Made by a program: the position numbers and the translations under genes
Part shown: in pieces, positions 15,465-23,302 of the stretch
Numbering within the stretch: the first letter of the stretch is position 1
Layout: the number at the start of each line of letters is the position of its first letter
NCBI RefSeq assembly: GCF_000179635.2
Contig: NC_014833.1
Span: 1,170,001-1,202,000, forward strand
Length of the DNA stretch: 32,000 bases
Reading direction: 5' to 3'
Source: Ruminococcus albus 7 = DSM 20455
Lineage (GTDB): Bacteria > Bacillota > Clostridia > Oscillospirales > Ruminococcaceae
Notes under the pieces: generated by a model
What the model was told of the DNA's origin: nothing
The model's input: the letters and a program-made list of their open reading frames with translations, nothing else
Database searches by the model: none

Positions 15465-17062
15465 GCTACACTTCGATAAATTACCTGCTGTATGTGGCAG
15501 TCTGTCTGCTGCTGTACGGCATCATACCCAAGACCAAAAGATGGTGGGTACTTCTGGCGGCAAGCATGGGATTCTACGGGATAATATGCAGGGAACACCC
15601 GTCACTGGTACTGTTTATACTTATGACCGCCGCGACTACCTACGGCGGAGGACTCTGGCTGGAAAAATACATCGAGCAGAAAGATGCTTATGTAAAGTCA
15701 CAGAAAGGCAAGTGGAGCAAGGAAGAAAAGAGCGCCTACAAGGACAAGGTGACAGCAGGCAAAAAGCGGATCTGCGCTTCGGTGCTGGTGCTGAACTTCG
15801 GTGTGCTGGCGTTCTTGAAATATTTCAACTTCTTTGCGGATACTATAAATTCCGTGACAGGGCGCGGAAGTGTCCCTAGGCTGGGACTGCTTCTTCCGAT
15901 AGGTATATCATTCTATACTTTCCAGTCCATGGGATATATCATCGACATCTACCGCAAGAAATATAAGGCGGAACGGAATTATCTGAAATTTCTGCTGTTC
16001 GTGTCCTTCTTCCCGCAGATAGTGCAGGGCCCCATAGCTTTTTACAGTGACCTGGCACATCAGCTTTACGCAGGTGAGGATGTCAGATTTGAAAACATAA
16101 AGCAGGGCGTTCTGCTGATAACATGGGGCTTTTTCAAAAAGCTTGTTATCGCTGACCGACTTGTTACTGCAGTGATGACTGTACCCAATGACTGCGACAG
16201 TTATTCGGGAACAGCGGTACTGCTGACGGCGCTGATGTATGCTTTGCAGCTGTATGCCGATTTCTCGGGCGGTATAGATATCTCCCGCGGCGTGGCACAG
16301 CTTTTCGGCATAAATATGGCTGAAAACTTCAAAAGACCATATTTCTCAAAGGATATTTCGGAGTACTGGCACCGCTGGCACATCACTCTCGGCGCATGGC
16401 TTAGGGAGTATCTGTTCTATCCCGTGGCAATGTCAAAGCCTTTCCAGAAAATGGGCAAGGCGCTGAAAGCCAAGTTCGGCATGAAGATATCGAAGGTGCT
16501 GCCTGTCAGCATAGCTTCGCTGATAACCTTCCTTGTGGTGGGTATATGGCACGGCGCAAACTGGAAGTATGTTGCCTTCGGTGCATGGAACGGCGGTATC
16601 ATAATGATATCCACACTTCTGGAGAGCAATTTTGAGAGCTGGAAGAAGAAGCTTCATATAGAGAATACAAACAAGCTGTTCATAGTATTCCAGCTTTTCA
16701 GGACATTCCTGATAGTTCTGGTGGGCTACTATTTTGATATAGCGCCTGATTTTTCAACAGCGATGCACATGATGTATATGTCGGTGACAGACCTGCATCC
16801 CTCTGAACTGTTCAGCAGGGAGTTCCTTGGTTCGCTGTCACTGTGCAGAGCCGATGTTGTCGCAGTGCTTGCTGCGATGGTAATAATGTTGATCGTATCG
16901 CTGAAGCAGGAGCATTCAGAGGTAACTCTGAGAGAAAGGATATGCAAAAGGAGCTTTGTATTCCAGTCGCTGGTATTCCTGCTGCTGCTGTATGCAGTGA
17001 TAATTTTCGGCGTTTACGGACCGGGTTCAAACCCCGCGGATTTTTATTATATGCAGTTCTGA
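15461..17062 (+). CDS. MBOAT family O-acyltransferase (AlgI/DltB-type)
   Basis: 533 aa, polytopic. MBOAT histidine motif EYWHRWHITLGAWLREYLFYP plus GIWHGANWKY. TTG start with SD GGAGGT 6 nt upstream. The start overlaps the decarboxylase stop (TTGA). Confidence 0.9.
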   Translation: MSYTSINYLLYVAVCLLLYGIIPKTKRWWVLLAASMGFYGIICREHPSLVLFILMTAATTYGGGLWLEKYIEQKDAYVKSQKGKWSKEEKSAYKDKVTAGKKRICASVLVLNFGVLAFLKYFNFFADTINSVTGRGSVPRLGLLLPIGISFYTFQSMGYIIDIYRKKYKAERNYLKFLLFVSFFPQIVQGPIAFYSDLAHQLYAGEDVRFENIKQGVLLITWGFFKKLVIADRLVTAVMTVPNDCDSYSGTAVLLTALMYALQLYADFSGGIDISRGVAQLFGINMAENFKRPYFSKDISEYWHRWHITLGAWLREYLFYPVAMSKPFQKMGKALKAKFGMKISKVLPVSIASLITFLVVGIWHGANWKYVAFGAWNGGIIMISTLLESNFESWKKKLHIENTNKLFIVFQLFRTFLIVLVGYYFDIAPDFSTAMHMMYMSVTDLHPSELFSREFLGSLSLCRADVVAVLAAMVIMLIVSLKQEHSEVTLRERICKRSFVFQSLVFLLLLYAVIIFGVYGPGSNPADFYYMQF

Positions 17063-17074
17063 TAAGGAGAGCAA

Positions 17075-18229
17075 ATGAAAAGCAAAATGAAAAAACGTAT
17101 GCTGAAGCTGACCGGCCTTGGCGTGGTGACAGTGCTTCTGTTTGTGCTTACATCCTATGTTTTGCAGTACACGGCTATCAGCTCGGAAACACATATACGC
17201 AATTTTTACCGCGAACCGAAAGATTCGCTGGATGTTGCTGTTATAGGATGCAGTGAGGCTTATGCTGATTTCTCACCGCCCATAGCCTATGATAAGTATG
17301 GCTTTACCAGCTACAATCTGGCTTTTGAGGGAGCACCGGGTCATTTCTACAGCTCGATGCTGGATACTTTCGTATCAAGGCAGAAGCCCCAGCTGGTGGT
17401 GTTCGAGGTAAACGGATTCTTATATAATGACGATCACTCTTACAAAGAGGGAGTAGTCCGCAAGTGGATAGATAATATGAAGAAGGACAAACTCTGGTAC
17501 GATCTTGTAAAGCAGGAGATACCCGAGGATGAACGGATCAACTACTACTTAGGTATACTTAAATACCACGACAACTGGAAACACCCGTTTTTGCTGGCAG
17601 GCAGACAGTACCAGCTGTGGGAGAATTATAAGGATGACGTATCCCTTATGAAAAGCTTCGGTACAAGAACAACTACAGATTCCAAAAAGAAGAAAACTCC
17701 CAAAAGAGTCCACAAATTATGTGATTACGGTATAAAGAATCTGACAGCGACGATCGATCATTGCCACGAACTTGGGATCGAAAATGTGCTGTTCATACGT
17801 ACACCTCATAAGGATAAGCTGACTCCCGAAGTTGATGAAGAACTCAGAAAGCTTATCACTGATGCAGGCTATGATTATGAGAATTTTGAAAACGATGAGA
17901 ATATCGGCATAGACGAAAATACCGACTTCTATAACGGCGATCACCTGAATGTTTTCGGCAATGAGAAGAATACCATATACCTCGGAAAGTACATAGTAGA
18001 TCACTATGATATCAAAACTTCTCACTCCGAAAAGGTAGATAAGAAGTGGCGTGAATGTGCTGAGTATACATATAAAACATTCGATGTTCTCAAAAAGAAA
18101 ACTCTTGAGGATGAGGATGATCAGTATAACGAGTTCTCAAATCTCAGCGATCACACACTTAAACTGAAGAAGAAGTTCGCGAAGTATAAGAATAAACACA
18201 CAGAAGGAGAATCCTCCGTAAAAGAGTGA
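17075..18229 (+). CDS. DltD-like / SGNH-like extracytoplasmic acyltransferase partner, N-terminally membrane anchored
   Basis: 384 aa. SD AAGGAG upstream. Single N-terminal TM helix ([19 protein letters not shown]). IGCSEAY resembles the DltD GSSE serine block, and [10 protein letters not shown] resembles an SGNH block V. It sits directly after the MBOAT gene, as dltD or algJ/X would. Confidence 0.7.
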   Translation: MKSKMKKRMLKLTGLGVVTVLLFVLTSYVLQYTAISSETHIRNFYREPKDSLDVAVIGCSEAYADFSPPIAYDKYGFTSYNLAFEGAPGHFYSSMLDTFVSRQKPQLVVFEVNGFLYNDDHSYKEGVVRKWIDNMKKDKLWYDLVKQEIPEDERINYYLGILKYHDNWKHPFLLAGRQYQLWENYKDDVSLMKSFGTRTTTDSKKKKTPKRVHKLCDYGIKNLTATIDHCHELGIENVLFIRTPHKDKLTPEVDEELRKLITDAGYDYENFENDENIGIDENTDFYNGDHLNVFGNEKNTIYLGKYIVDHYDIKTSHSEKVDKKWRECAEYTYKTFDVLKKKTLEDEDDQYNEFSNLSDHTLKLKKKFAKYKNKHTEGESSVKE

Positions 18230-18231
18230 TA

Positions 18232-18260
18232 TTGACAAGTACAGGCACAGATGGTATACT
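18232..18260 (+). promoter_or_regulatory. sigma-A type promoter for leuB
   Basis: TTGACA-17 nt-TATACT with a TGn extended -10. Confidence 0.6.
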
Positions 18261-18305
18261 ATAATCATTGATAATTCTGCCGATACGGCAAAAGGAGTAA
18301 TTGAT

Positions 18306-19388
18306 ATGAATAAAAAAATAACGGTCATTAAGGGTGACGGTATAGGTCCCGAGATAGTTACCGAGGCAATAAAGGTACTTGATGCAGTGGCAGCTAAGTT
18401 CGGTCACAGCTTTGAATACACAGATATACTCATGGGCGGCTGTTCCATAGATGCCTGCGGCGTTCCGCTGACAGATGAGGCTGTTGCTACCGCTAAGGCT
18501 GCCGATGCTGTACTGCTGGGTGCTATAGGCGGTAATACTTCCACCTCTCCCTGGTATAAGCTTGCTCCCAACCTCCGCCCCGAGGCAGGTCTGCTGAAGA
18601 TACGTAAGGAACTGGGACTTTTCGCTAACCTGCGTCCCGCTAACCTGTATGACGAGCTGAAATTTGCCTGCCCCCTGAGAAGCGATATCATCGAGGGCGG
18701 TTTCGATATGATGATAATGCGTGAGCTTACAGGCGGACTTTACTTCGGCGCAAGAAAGACCGAGGAAGTTGACGGCGTTGAGACTGCTGTTGATACCCTT
18801 TCCTACAACGAGAATGAGATAAGACGTATAGCTATAAAGGGCTTCGATATCGCTATGAAGCGCCGCAAGAAGGTAACAAGCGTTGATAAGGCAAACGTGC
18901 TGGATTCTTCAAGACTCTGGAGAAAGATAGTAAACGAAGTAGCTAAGGATTACCCTGAGGTAGAGCTGGAGCATATGCTGGTGGATAACTGCGCTATGCA
19001 GCTGGTACGTGATCCCAAGCAGTTCGATGTTATACTCACTGAGAATATGTTCGGTGATATCCTTTCGGATGAGGCTGCTATGGTCAGCGGTTCACTTGGT
19101 ATGCTGGCTTCCGCTTCGCTGAACGATACAAAGTTCGGTCTGTACGAACCCAGCCACGGTTCTGCACCTGATATCGCAGGTCAGGATAAGGCTAATCCTC
19201 TGGCTACCATACTTTCAGCTTCCATGATGCTCAGATATTCTTTTGATATGGATAAGGAAGCTGACGCTATCGACAATGCAGTAAAGCAGGTGCTTGCTGA
19301 GGGCTACCGTACAGGCGATATCATGTCCGAGGGCATGAAGCAGGTCGGCTGTAAGGAAATGGGTACTCTGGTAGCAGAGAGAGTATAA
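18306..19388 (+). CDS. leuB: 3-isopropylmalate dehydrogenase
   Basis: 360 aa. Contains [17 protein letters not shown] and [10 protein letters not shown] motifs and is LeuB-like throughout. SD AAAGGAG upstream. Confidence 0.93.
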   Translation: MNKKITVIKGDGIGPEIVTEAIKVLDAVAAKFGHSFEYTDILMGGCSIDACGVPLTDEAVATAKAADAVLLGAIGGNTSTSPWYKLAPNLRPEAGLLKIRKELGLFANLRPANLYDELKFACPLRSDIIEGGFDMMIMRELTGGLYFGARKTEEVDGVETAVDTLSYNENEIRRIAIKGFDIAMKRRKKVTSVDKANVLDSSRLWRKIVNEVAKDYPEVELEHMLVDNCAMQLVRDPKQFDVILTENMFGDILSDEAAMVSGSLGMLASASLNDTKFGLYEPSHGSAPDIAGQDKANPLATILSASMMLRYSFDMDKEADAIDNAVKQVLAEGYRTGDIMSEGMKQVGCKEMGTLVAERV

Positions 19389-19407
19389 ATCAGATAATGA
19401 TTCGGTG

Positions 19408-19438
19408 GGGGCTGTCAATTTATGGCAGCCCTGCTTTT
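19408..19438 (+). terminator. rho-independent terminator after leuB
   Basis: ggggctgtc / ggcagccct stem (two G-U pairs) with a 7-nt loop, then gcTTTT. Confidence 0.6.
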
Positions 19439-19453
19439 ATTGGGAGATAACAT

Positions 19454-19963
19454 ATGAGAAAATTGGGATTTTCGGGGGTAATAAAAGAGATAGTTTTACC
19501 CTTGGTGATTTCAGCGCTGATAACGTGGTATATGCTGTACAAAGCAGTGACGGACATTAAGCGGATAAAGTTCTTCAAGAGAAATGGTATTACGGCGCCC
19601 GCAAAGGTTATGGATTATAATATGCTGAAATGCGGCAGCGGACGTACGAGATACCATAAATATAATGTCACGGTGGAGTGCAAGCCGCCTGGCTCAGATA
19701 ACGAGGAAATGTACTTTCTTTCCACCACGAGCGGCAGGGCGAGGCGGTATAAAAAGCTGAAAGAAACCGAGGTGGTGTTTATGAGCCGCGACGAAAGCAT
19801 ACCTATCCTTGTGGAAGAACTGCACCTTATCAGGCGAGAGATATTTGCCGCGCTCCTTGGCGGGGTGATCTGCGGGCTGTTCTGCGCACTGTTACTGATA
19901 GCTGTGGCAGATGATCTTTCGGGCGGTGTGATAAGGAATTTTCTGCACAAACTTTTTTTCTGA
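19454..19963 (+). CDS. hypothetical membrane protein (TM - soluble domain - TM; DUF3592-like topology)
   Basis: 169 aa. It has hydrophobic helices near residues 12-30 and 130-150 and a basic central domain. SD GGGAG upstream. The family assignment is tentative. Confidence 0.6.
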   Translation: MRKLGFSGVIKEIVLPLVISALITWYMLYKAVTDIKRIKFFKRNGITAPAKVMDYNMLKCGSGRTRYHKYNVTVECKPPGSDNEEMYFLSTTSGRARRYKKLKETEVVFMSRDESIPILVEELHLIRREIFAALLGGVICGLFCALLLIAVADDLSGGVIRNFLHKLFF

Positions 19964-19982
19964 AAAAAATTTTGAAAAGCAC

Positions 19983-20011
19983 TTGACAATTCAGAAAAAA
20001 GATGTTATAAT
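19983..20011 (+). promoter_or_regulatory. consensus sigma-A promoter for the tRNA-Lys/tRNA-Leu unit
   Basis: TTGACA-17 nt-TATAAT with a TGn extended -10, about 35 nt upstream of the tRNA-Lys 5' end. Confidence 0.7.
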
Positions 20012-20046
20012 ATATGAGTTGTTATGAGAGATATCTCAAAGCAAAT

Positions 20047-20119
20047 GAGCCATTAGCTCAGTTGGCAGAGCATTTGACTTTTAATCAAAGGGTCTGGAGT
20101 TCGAATCTCCAATGGCTCA
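20047..20119 (+). tRNA. tRNA-Lys (anticodon UUU)
   Basis: A 73-nt cloverleaf was folded by hand. Acceptor GAGCCAT/ATGGCTC, D-stem GCTC/GAGC, anticodon stem TTTGA/TCAAA with loop CTTTTAA, and T-arm TGGAG-TTCGAAT-CTCCA. No CCA is encoded. Confidence 0.92.
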
Positions 20120-20159
20120 TTTATCGCCTTCGGTACACATCGGAGGCGGTATTTTATAT

Positions 20160-20241
20160 GCGGGTGTGGTGAAATTGGCAGACACGTTAGATTTAGGTTC
20201 TAATGCCGAATGGTGTGCAGGTTCAAGTCCTGTCACCCGCA
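20160..20241 (+). tRNA. tRNA-Leu (anticodon UAG)
   Basis: 82 nt. Acceptor GCGGGTG/CACCCGC, anticodon stem TTAGA/TCTAA with loop TTTAGGT, a long variable arm, and a GGTTCAAGTCC T-loop. Confidence 0.9.
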
Positions 20242-20251
20242 CTTCATTGAT

Positions 20252-20292
20252 AACCGTCAGGATACGTTCAGCGCGTATCTTGGCGGTTTTAT
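20252..20292 (+). terminator. rho-independent terminator after the tRNA pair
   Basis: 15-bp stem aaccgtcaggatacg / cgtatcttggcggtt (two G-U pairs) running into a T-run. Confidence 0.75.
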
Positions 20293-20393
20293 TGTGTTTA
20301 TGTATGTTGTGGGACATGGAATTTTTAGTTAAATGATAAAATAATAATTAAGAAAAAAGTTATAAAGCCCTTGTCTGTTTTACATTAAATATC

Positions 20394-20422
20394 TTGACTA
20401 ATTGATTAATTTATGGTATACT
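20394..20422 (+). promoter_or_regulatory. sigma-A type promoter for the LTD-CotH gene
   Basis: TTGACT-17 nt-TATACT with a TGn extended -10. Confidence 0.6.
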
Positions 20423-20438
20423 TGCCAAGGAGTATGAT

Positions 20439-20519
20439 ATGAAAAACAAGGAGATTGGTTATAATACGCACGTATGTGAAGGCATACGAATTATGATCAT
20501 GAGAGGAGTTTTTTTATGA
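20439..20519 (+). CDS. candidate 26-codon upstream ORF / leader peptide (MKNKEIGYNTHVCEGIRIMIMRGVFL)
   Basis: AAGGAG lies 6 nt upstream of ATG 20439. Its stop TGA overlaps the main ATG 20516 (ATGA). It lies entirely within the predicted 5' leader. No homology evidence. Confidence 0.3.
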   Translation: MKNKEIGYNTHVCEGIRIMIMRGVFL

Positions 20520-23302
20520 AAAGAAGAGCTTTTGGCCGCTGTACTGCGGCAGGCGTTGCTGCTCTGATCGGTGTTGCTGCACTTGGGCAGTCGATGCTGA
20601 CAGCCAGTGCGGCTTCGGGTGTCGTTATCAACGAAGTCTGCACCAAGAACACAACTGTACCCGCATCAGACGGTCAGTTCTATGACTTTGTAGAGCTGTA
20701 CAATCCCACGGGAAGCGCTATATCCATAGCAGGCTATGGACTGTCTGACGATGCAGCTTCACCTATGCAGTATACACTGCCGCGAAATGCTTCCATACCC
20801 GCATACGGTTATTATACCATTTACTGTGGAGTTGACAGCAGCAGCGGTGTGCAGGGCGCGTCCTTCGGCCTTTCCAAGAACGGTGAGAAGATAATACTTT
20901 CAAATGCGAACGGGAATGCAGTTGAAACCGTTGAAGTACCAGCGCTCAGTGATAATACTTCCTATGGCAGAACACCCGACGGCAGCCAGAACTTTGGTAT
21001 CTTTTCTTCGCTGACACCGGGTTATGCAAACCAGAATAACCAGAACGTTCAGGCAGATGTGAGTGAGCCGCAGTTCTCAAAAGAGAGCGGTTTCTACTCC
21101 AACAGTTTTGACCTGACGATATCTGCGCCCTCGGGCTGCACTGTATACTATACCCTTGACGGCAGTGACCCGACAACTGCATCAGAGCGTGCTAACGGCA
21201 GCATAAACATATATGACAGGTCATCGGAGCAGAATGTATATTCTGCAAGAACAGATGTTGCTGACGGATATACTCCGCCCAGCTCGCCTGTTGACAAGGC
21301 TACCATAGTACGTGCAATTGCTGTTGACCGTAACGGCAATGTGAGCGATATCGTAACAAAGACTTATTTTATAGGCTATACCCAGAACGACTGCGAGATG
21401 AATATGCGTGTCATATCCCTCGTCACCGACCCCGACAACCTTTTCGACTATGAAAAAGGCATATACGTAAAGGGCAAGATATACGATCAGTCTACGGGAA
21501 ATATGATGCAGTCCTGGAGCCATCCCGCAAACTATACACAGGACGGCAAGGAATGGGAGCGTCCCGCAAATATCACAGTGTTTGAAAAGGGAAAAGCCAC
21601 ATACAACGCAAACGTAGGCATACGTATACACGGTGCGGCTACACGTGCCGATGTACAGAAGAGCTTCAACCTTTATGCAAGGAGCGAATACGGTACAAAG
21701 AAGCTGAAATATGATTTCTTCAACGGACAGCTGACCAACCACAAGGGTGAAGTTATAGATTCCTTTGAGAAGATAACACTGCGTAACGGCGGCAACGATT
21801 ACAAGACCAAGCTTCGTGACCGTCTGAACCATGAGATGGTAAGCGACCGTCATTTCGGTTCACAGGCACAGACAGAATGTGTTGTGTTCCTGGACGGTGA
21901 ATTCTGGGGTACATACAATATCACAGAAAAGATAGGCAAGGAATACATTTCCGACCACTACAAGGTCAAGGAAGACGATGTATGCATGATAAAGACCGAT
22001 GAGCTCGCTGACGGCACTCAGCAGGGACTTTCGGATTATGAACAGCTGAAGCGCCTTGTATCTTCAAACAATTTCAAGGACAGCAGTGCATACGCCAGAC
22101 TTGAAGAGCTGATGGATATGAGGAGCTTTGCCGAATATATGGCAACAGAGCTGATAGTAGGCAACTCCGACTTTGGCGATAACAACTATGCGCTGTGGAA
22201 GACCGAGACAGTTGACGCTGATAAGAAGTACGGCGACGGCAAGTGGCGTTTCATACTCTTTGATACCGAATACGGTCAGGGTCTTTACGGACAGAGCAAC
22301 GCAAATACCAACGCTATACAGGCTCTGCGAAACAAGAACAAGTGGATAACACAGCTGTTCTTCGGACTGTGTGAGAATCAGGATTTCCGTGACCTTTTCC
22401 TGAGAGCTTATTTTGATCTGTGCAACGAGAACTTTGATACCGACAAGGTGCTCTCGCGCCTGAATGAGCTGGAAAATGCATACAAGGCTTCCATGAGCAA
22501 GAGCTACGCACGTTTCAACTGGTCAAGCGGCACAGGCGGCTGGGGCGGCGGAATTTGGGGCGGCGGCTGGCAGTTCCCCGGACAGGGCGGACAGCCCGGT
22601 CAGCAGAACCCCGGAGATGGTCAGCAGGCAAACGGCAACGACAAGTTCTCGACGGAGGTTTCTTCTATTCGCAGTTTCTGGTCGAACCGTATATCTGCCT
22701 GCGAACAGCAGGTGATGCAGTACTTCGGCATAAGCGGCACAGTAAACGTCACCGTGAAGAACAACTCTTCACAGGGACACGTAAACTTCAATACCCTGAA
22801 GGTTTATGACAGCAGCTGGAGCGGTGTATATCCCGCAGACTGCAAGCTGACCCTTGAAGCTAAGCCCGAGGACGGATATCATCTTGAAAAGTGGGTAGTC
22901 AGCGGTGCGCAGTTCGTTTCGGGCAGTGCGACATCTGAGGAAGCAGTTATCAAGCCCACAGGTCAGAACGTGACAGTTCAGGCTGTGTATGCGGCAGGCA
23001 GCGGTTCATCACAGCCCTCAGCAAAGGACTATCCTACGAACATCAAGGTGAATTACAATACCCAGTATCATCAGATACAGTTCGTATGGGACAAGGTACA
23101 GGGTGCTGACAAGTACGGCATAGCTGTATACCTGGCAGGAAAGTGGAGAGTGCAGACTTCAAGCATAACCACAAACAGCTTTGTTACACCCAAGAACCTC
23201 ACCCCGGGCATGAGCTACAAGGTAGCAGTTGCGGCAAGAGTTAACGGTCAGTGGAACACCACAGACCCCATCAAGAATGCTGTTACAGTTACTGTAAAGT
23301 GA
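20516..23302 (+). CDS. secreted multidomain LTD / CotH kinase-family protein with C-terminal Fn3-like module
   Basis: 928 aa, read in order:
- Signal peptide.
- Lamin-tail domain (VVINEV...FVELYNPTGSAISIAGYGLSDD).
- Chitobiase-C/Fn3-assoc-like segment (GFYSNSFDLTISAPSGCTVYYTLDGSDPT).
- CotH core (FNLYARSEYG...LRNGGNDY...).
- G/W/Q-rich linker.
- InlB-B-repeat-like segment (...EDGYHLEKWVVSG).
- Fn3-like terminal 90 aa. Confidence 0.88.
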   Translation: MKRRAFGRCTAAGVAALIGVAALGQSMLTASAASGVVINEVCTKNTTVPASDGQFYDFVELYNPTGSAISIAGYGLSDDAASPMQYTLPRNASIPAYGYYTIYCGVDSSSGVQGASFGLSKNGEKIILSNANGNAVETVEVPALSDNTSYGRTPDGSQNFGIFSSLTPGYANQNNQNVQADVSEPQFSKESGFYSNSFDLTISAPSGCTVYYTLDGSDPTTASERANGSINIYDRSSEQNVYSARTDVADGYTPPSSPVDKATIVRAIAVDRNGNVSDIVTKTYFIGYTQNDCEMNMRVISLVTDPDNLFDYEKGIYVKGKIYDQSTGNMMQSWSHPANYTQDGKEWERPANITVFEKGKATYNANVGIRIHGAATRADVQKSFNLYARSEYGTKKLKYDFFNGQLTNHKGEVIDSFEKITLRNGGNDYKTKLRDRLNHEMVSDRHFGSQAQTECVVFLDGEFWGTYNITEKIGKEYISDHYKVKEDDVCMIKTDELADGTQQGLSDYEQLKRLVSSNNFKDSSAYARLEELMDMRSFAEYMATELIVGNSDFGDNNYALWKTETVDADKKYGDGKWRFILFDTEYGQGLYGQSNANTNAIQALRNKNKWITQLFFGLCENQDFRDLFLRAYFDLCNENFDTDKVLSRLNELENAYKASMSKSYARFNWSSGTGGWGGGIWGGGWQFPGQGGQPGQQNPGDGQQANGNDKFSTEVSSIRSFWSNRISACEQQVMQYFGISGTVNVTVKNNSSQGHVNFNTLKVYDSSWSGVYPADCKLTLEAKPEDGYHLEKWVVSGAQFVSGSATSEEAVIKPTGQNVTVQAVYAAGSGSSQPSAKDYPTNIKVNYNTQYHQIQFVWDKVQGADKYGIAVYLAGKWRVQTSSITTNSFVTPKNLTPGMSYKVAVAARVNGQWNTTDPIKNAVTVTVK
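23030..23302 (+). repeat. copy 1 of a 273-bp direct repeat encoding a C-terminal Fn3-like module
   Basis: Aligns without gaps to 31677..31949. I counted 78 of 90 encoded residues identical. The longest identical nucleotide run I can read is about 45 nt (atgggacaaggtacagggtgctgacaagtacggcatagctgtata). Confidence 0.9.

Noticed and set aside
20112-20336. 74-aa (+) and 66-aa (-) ORFs over the tRNA-Lys/tRNA-Leu region, and a 60-aa ORF at 29494..29676 over tRNA-Thr
   Set aside because: They overlap well-folded tRNA genes and their terminators. They are chance ORFs.
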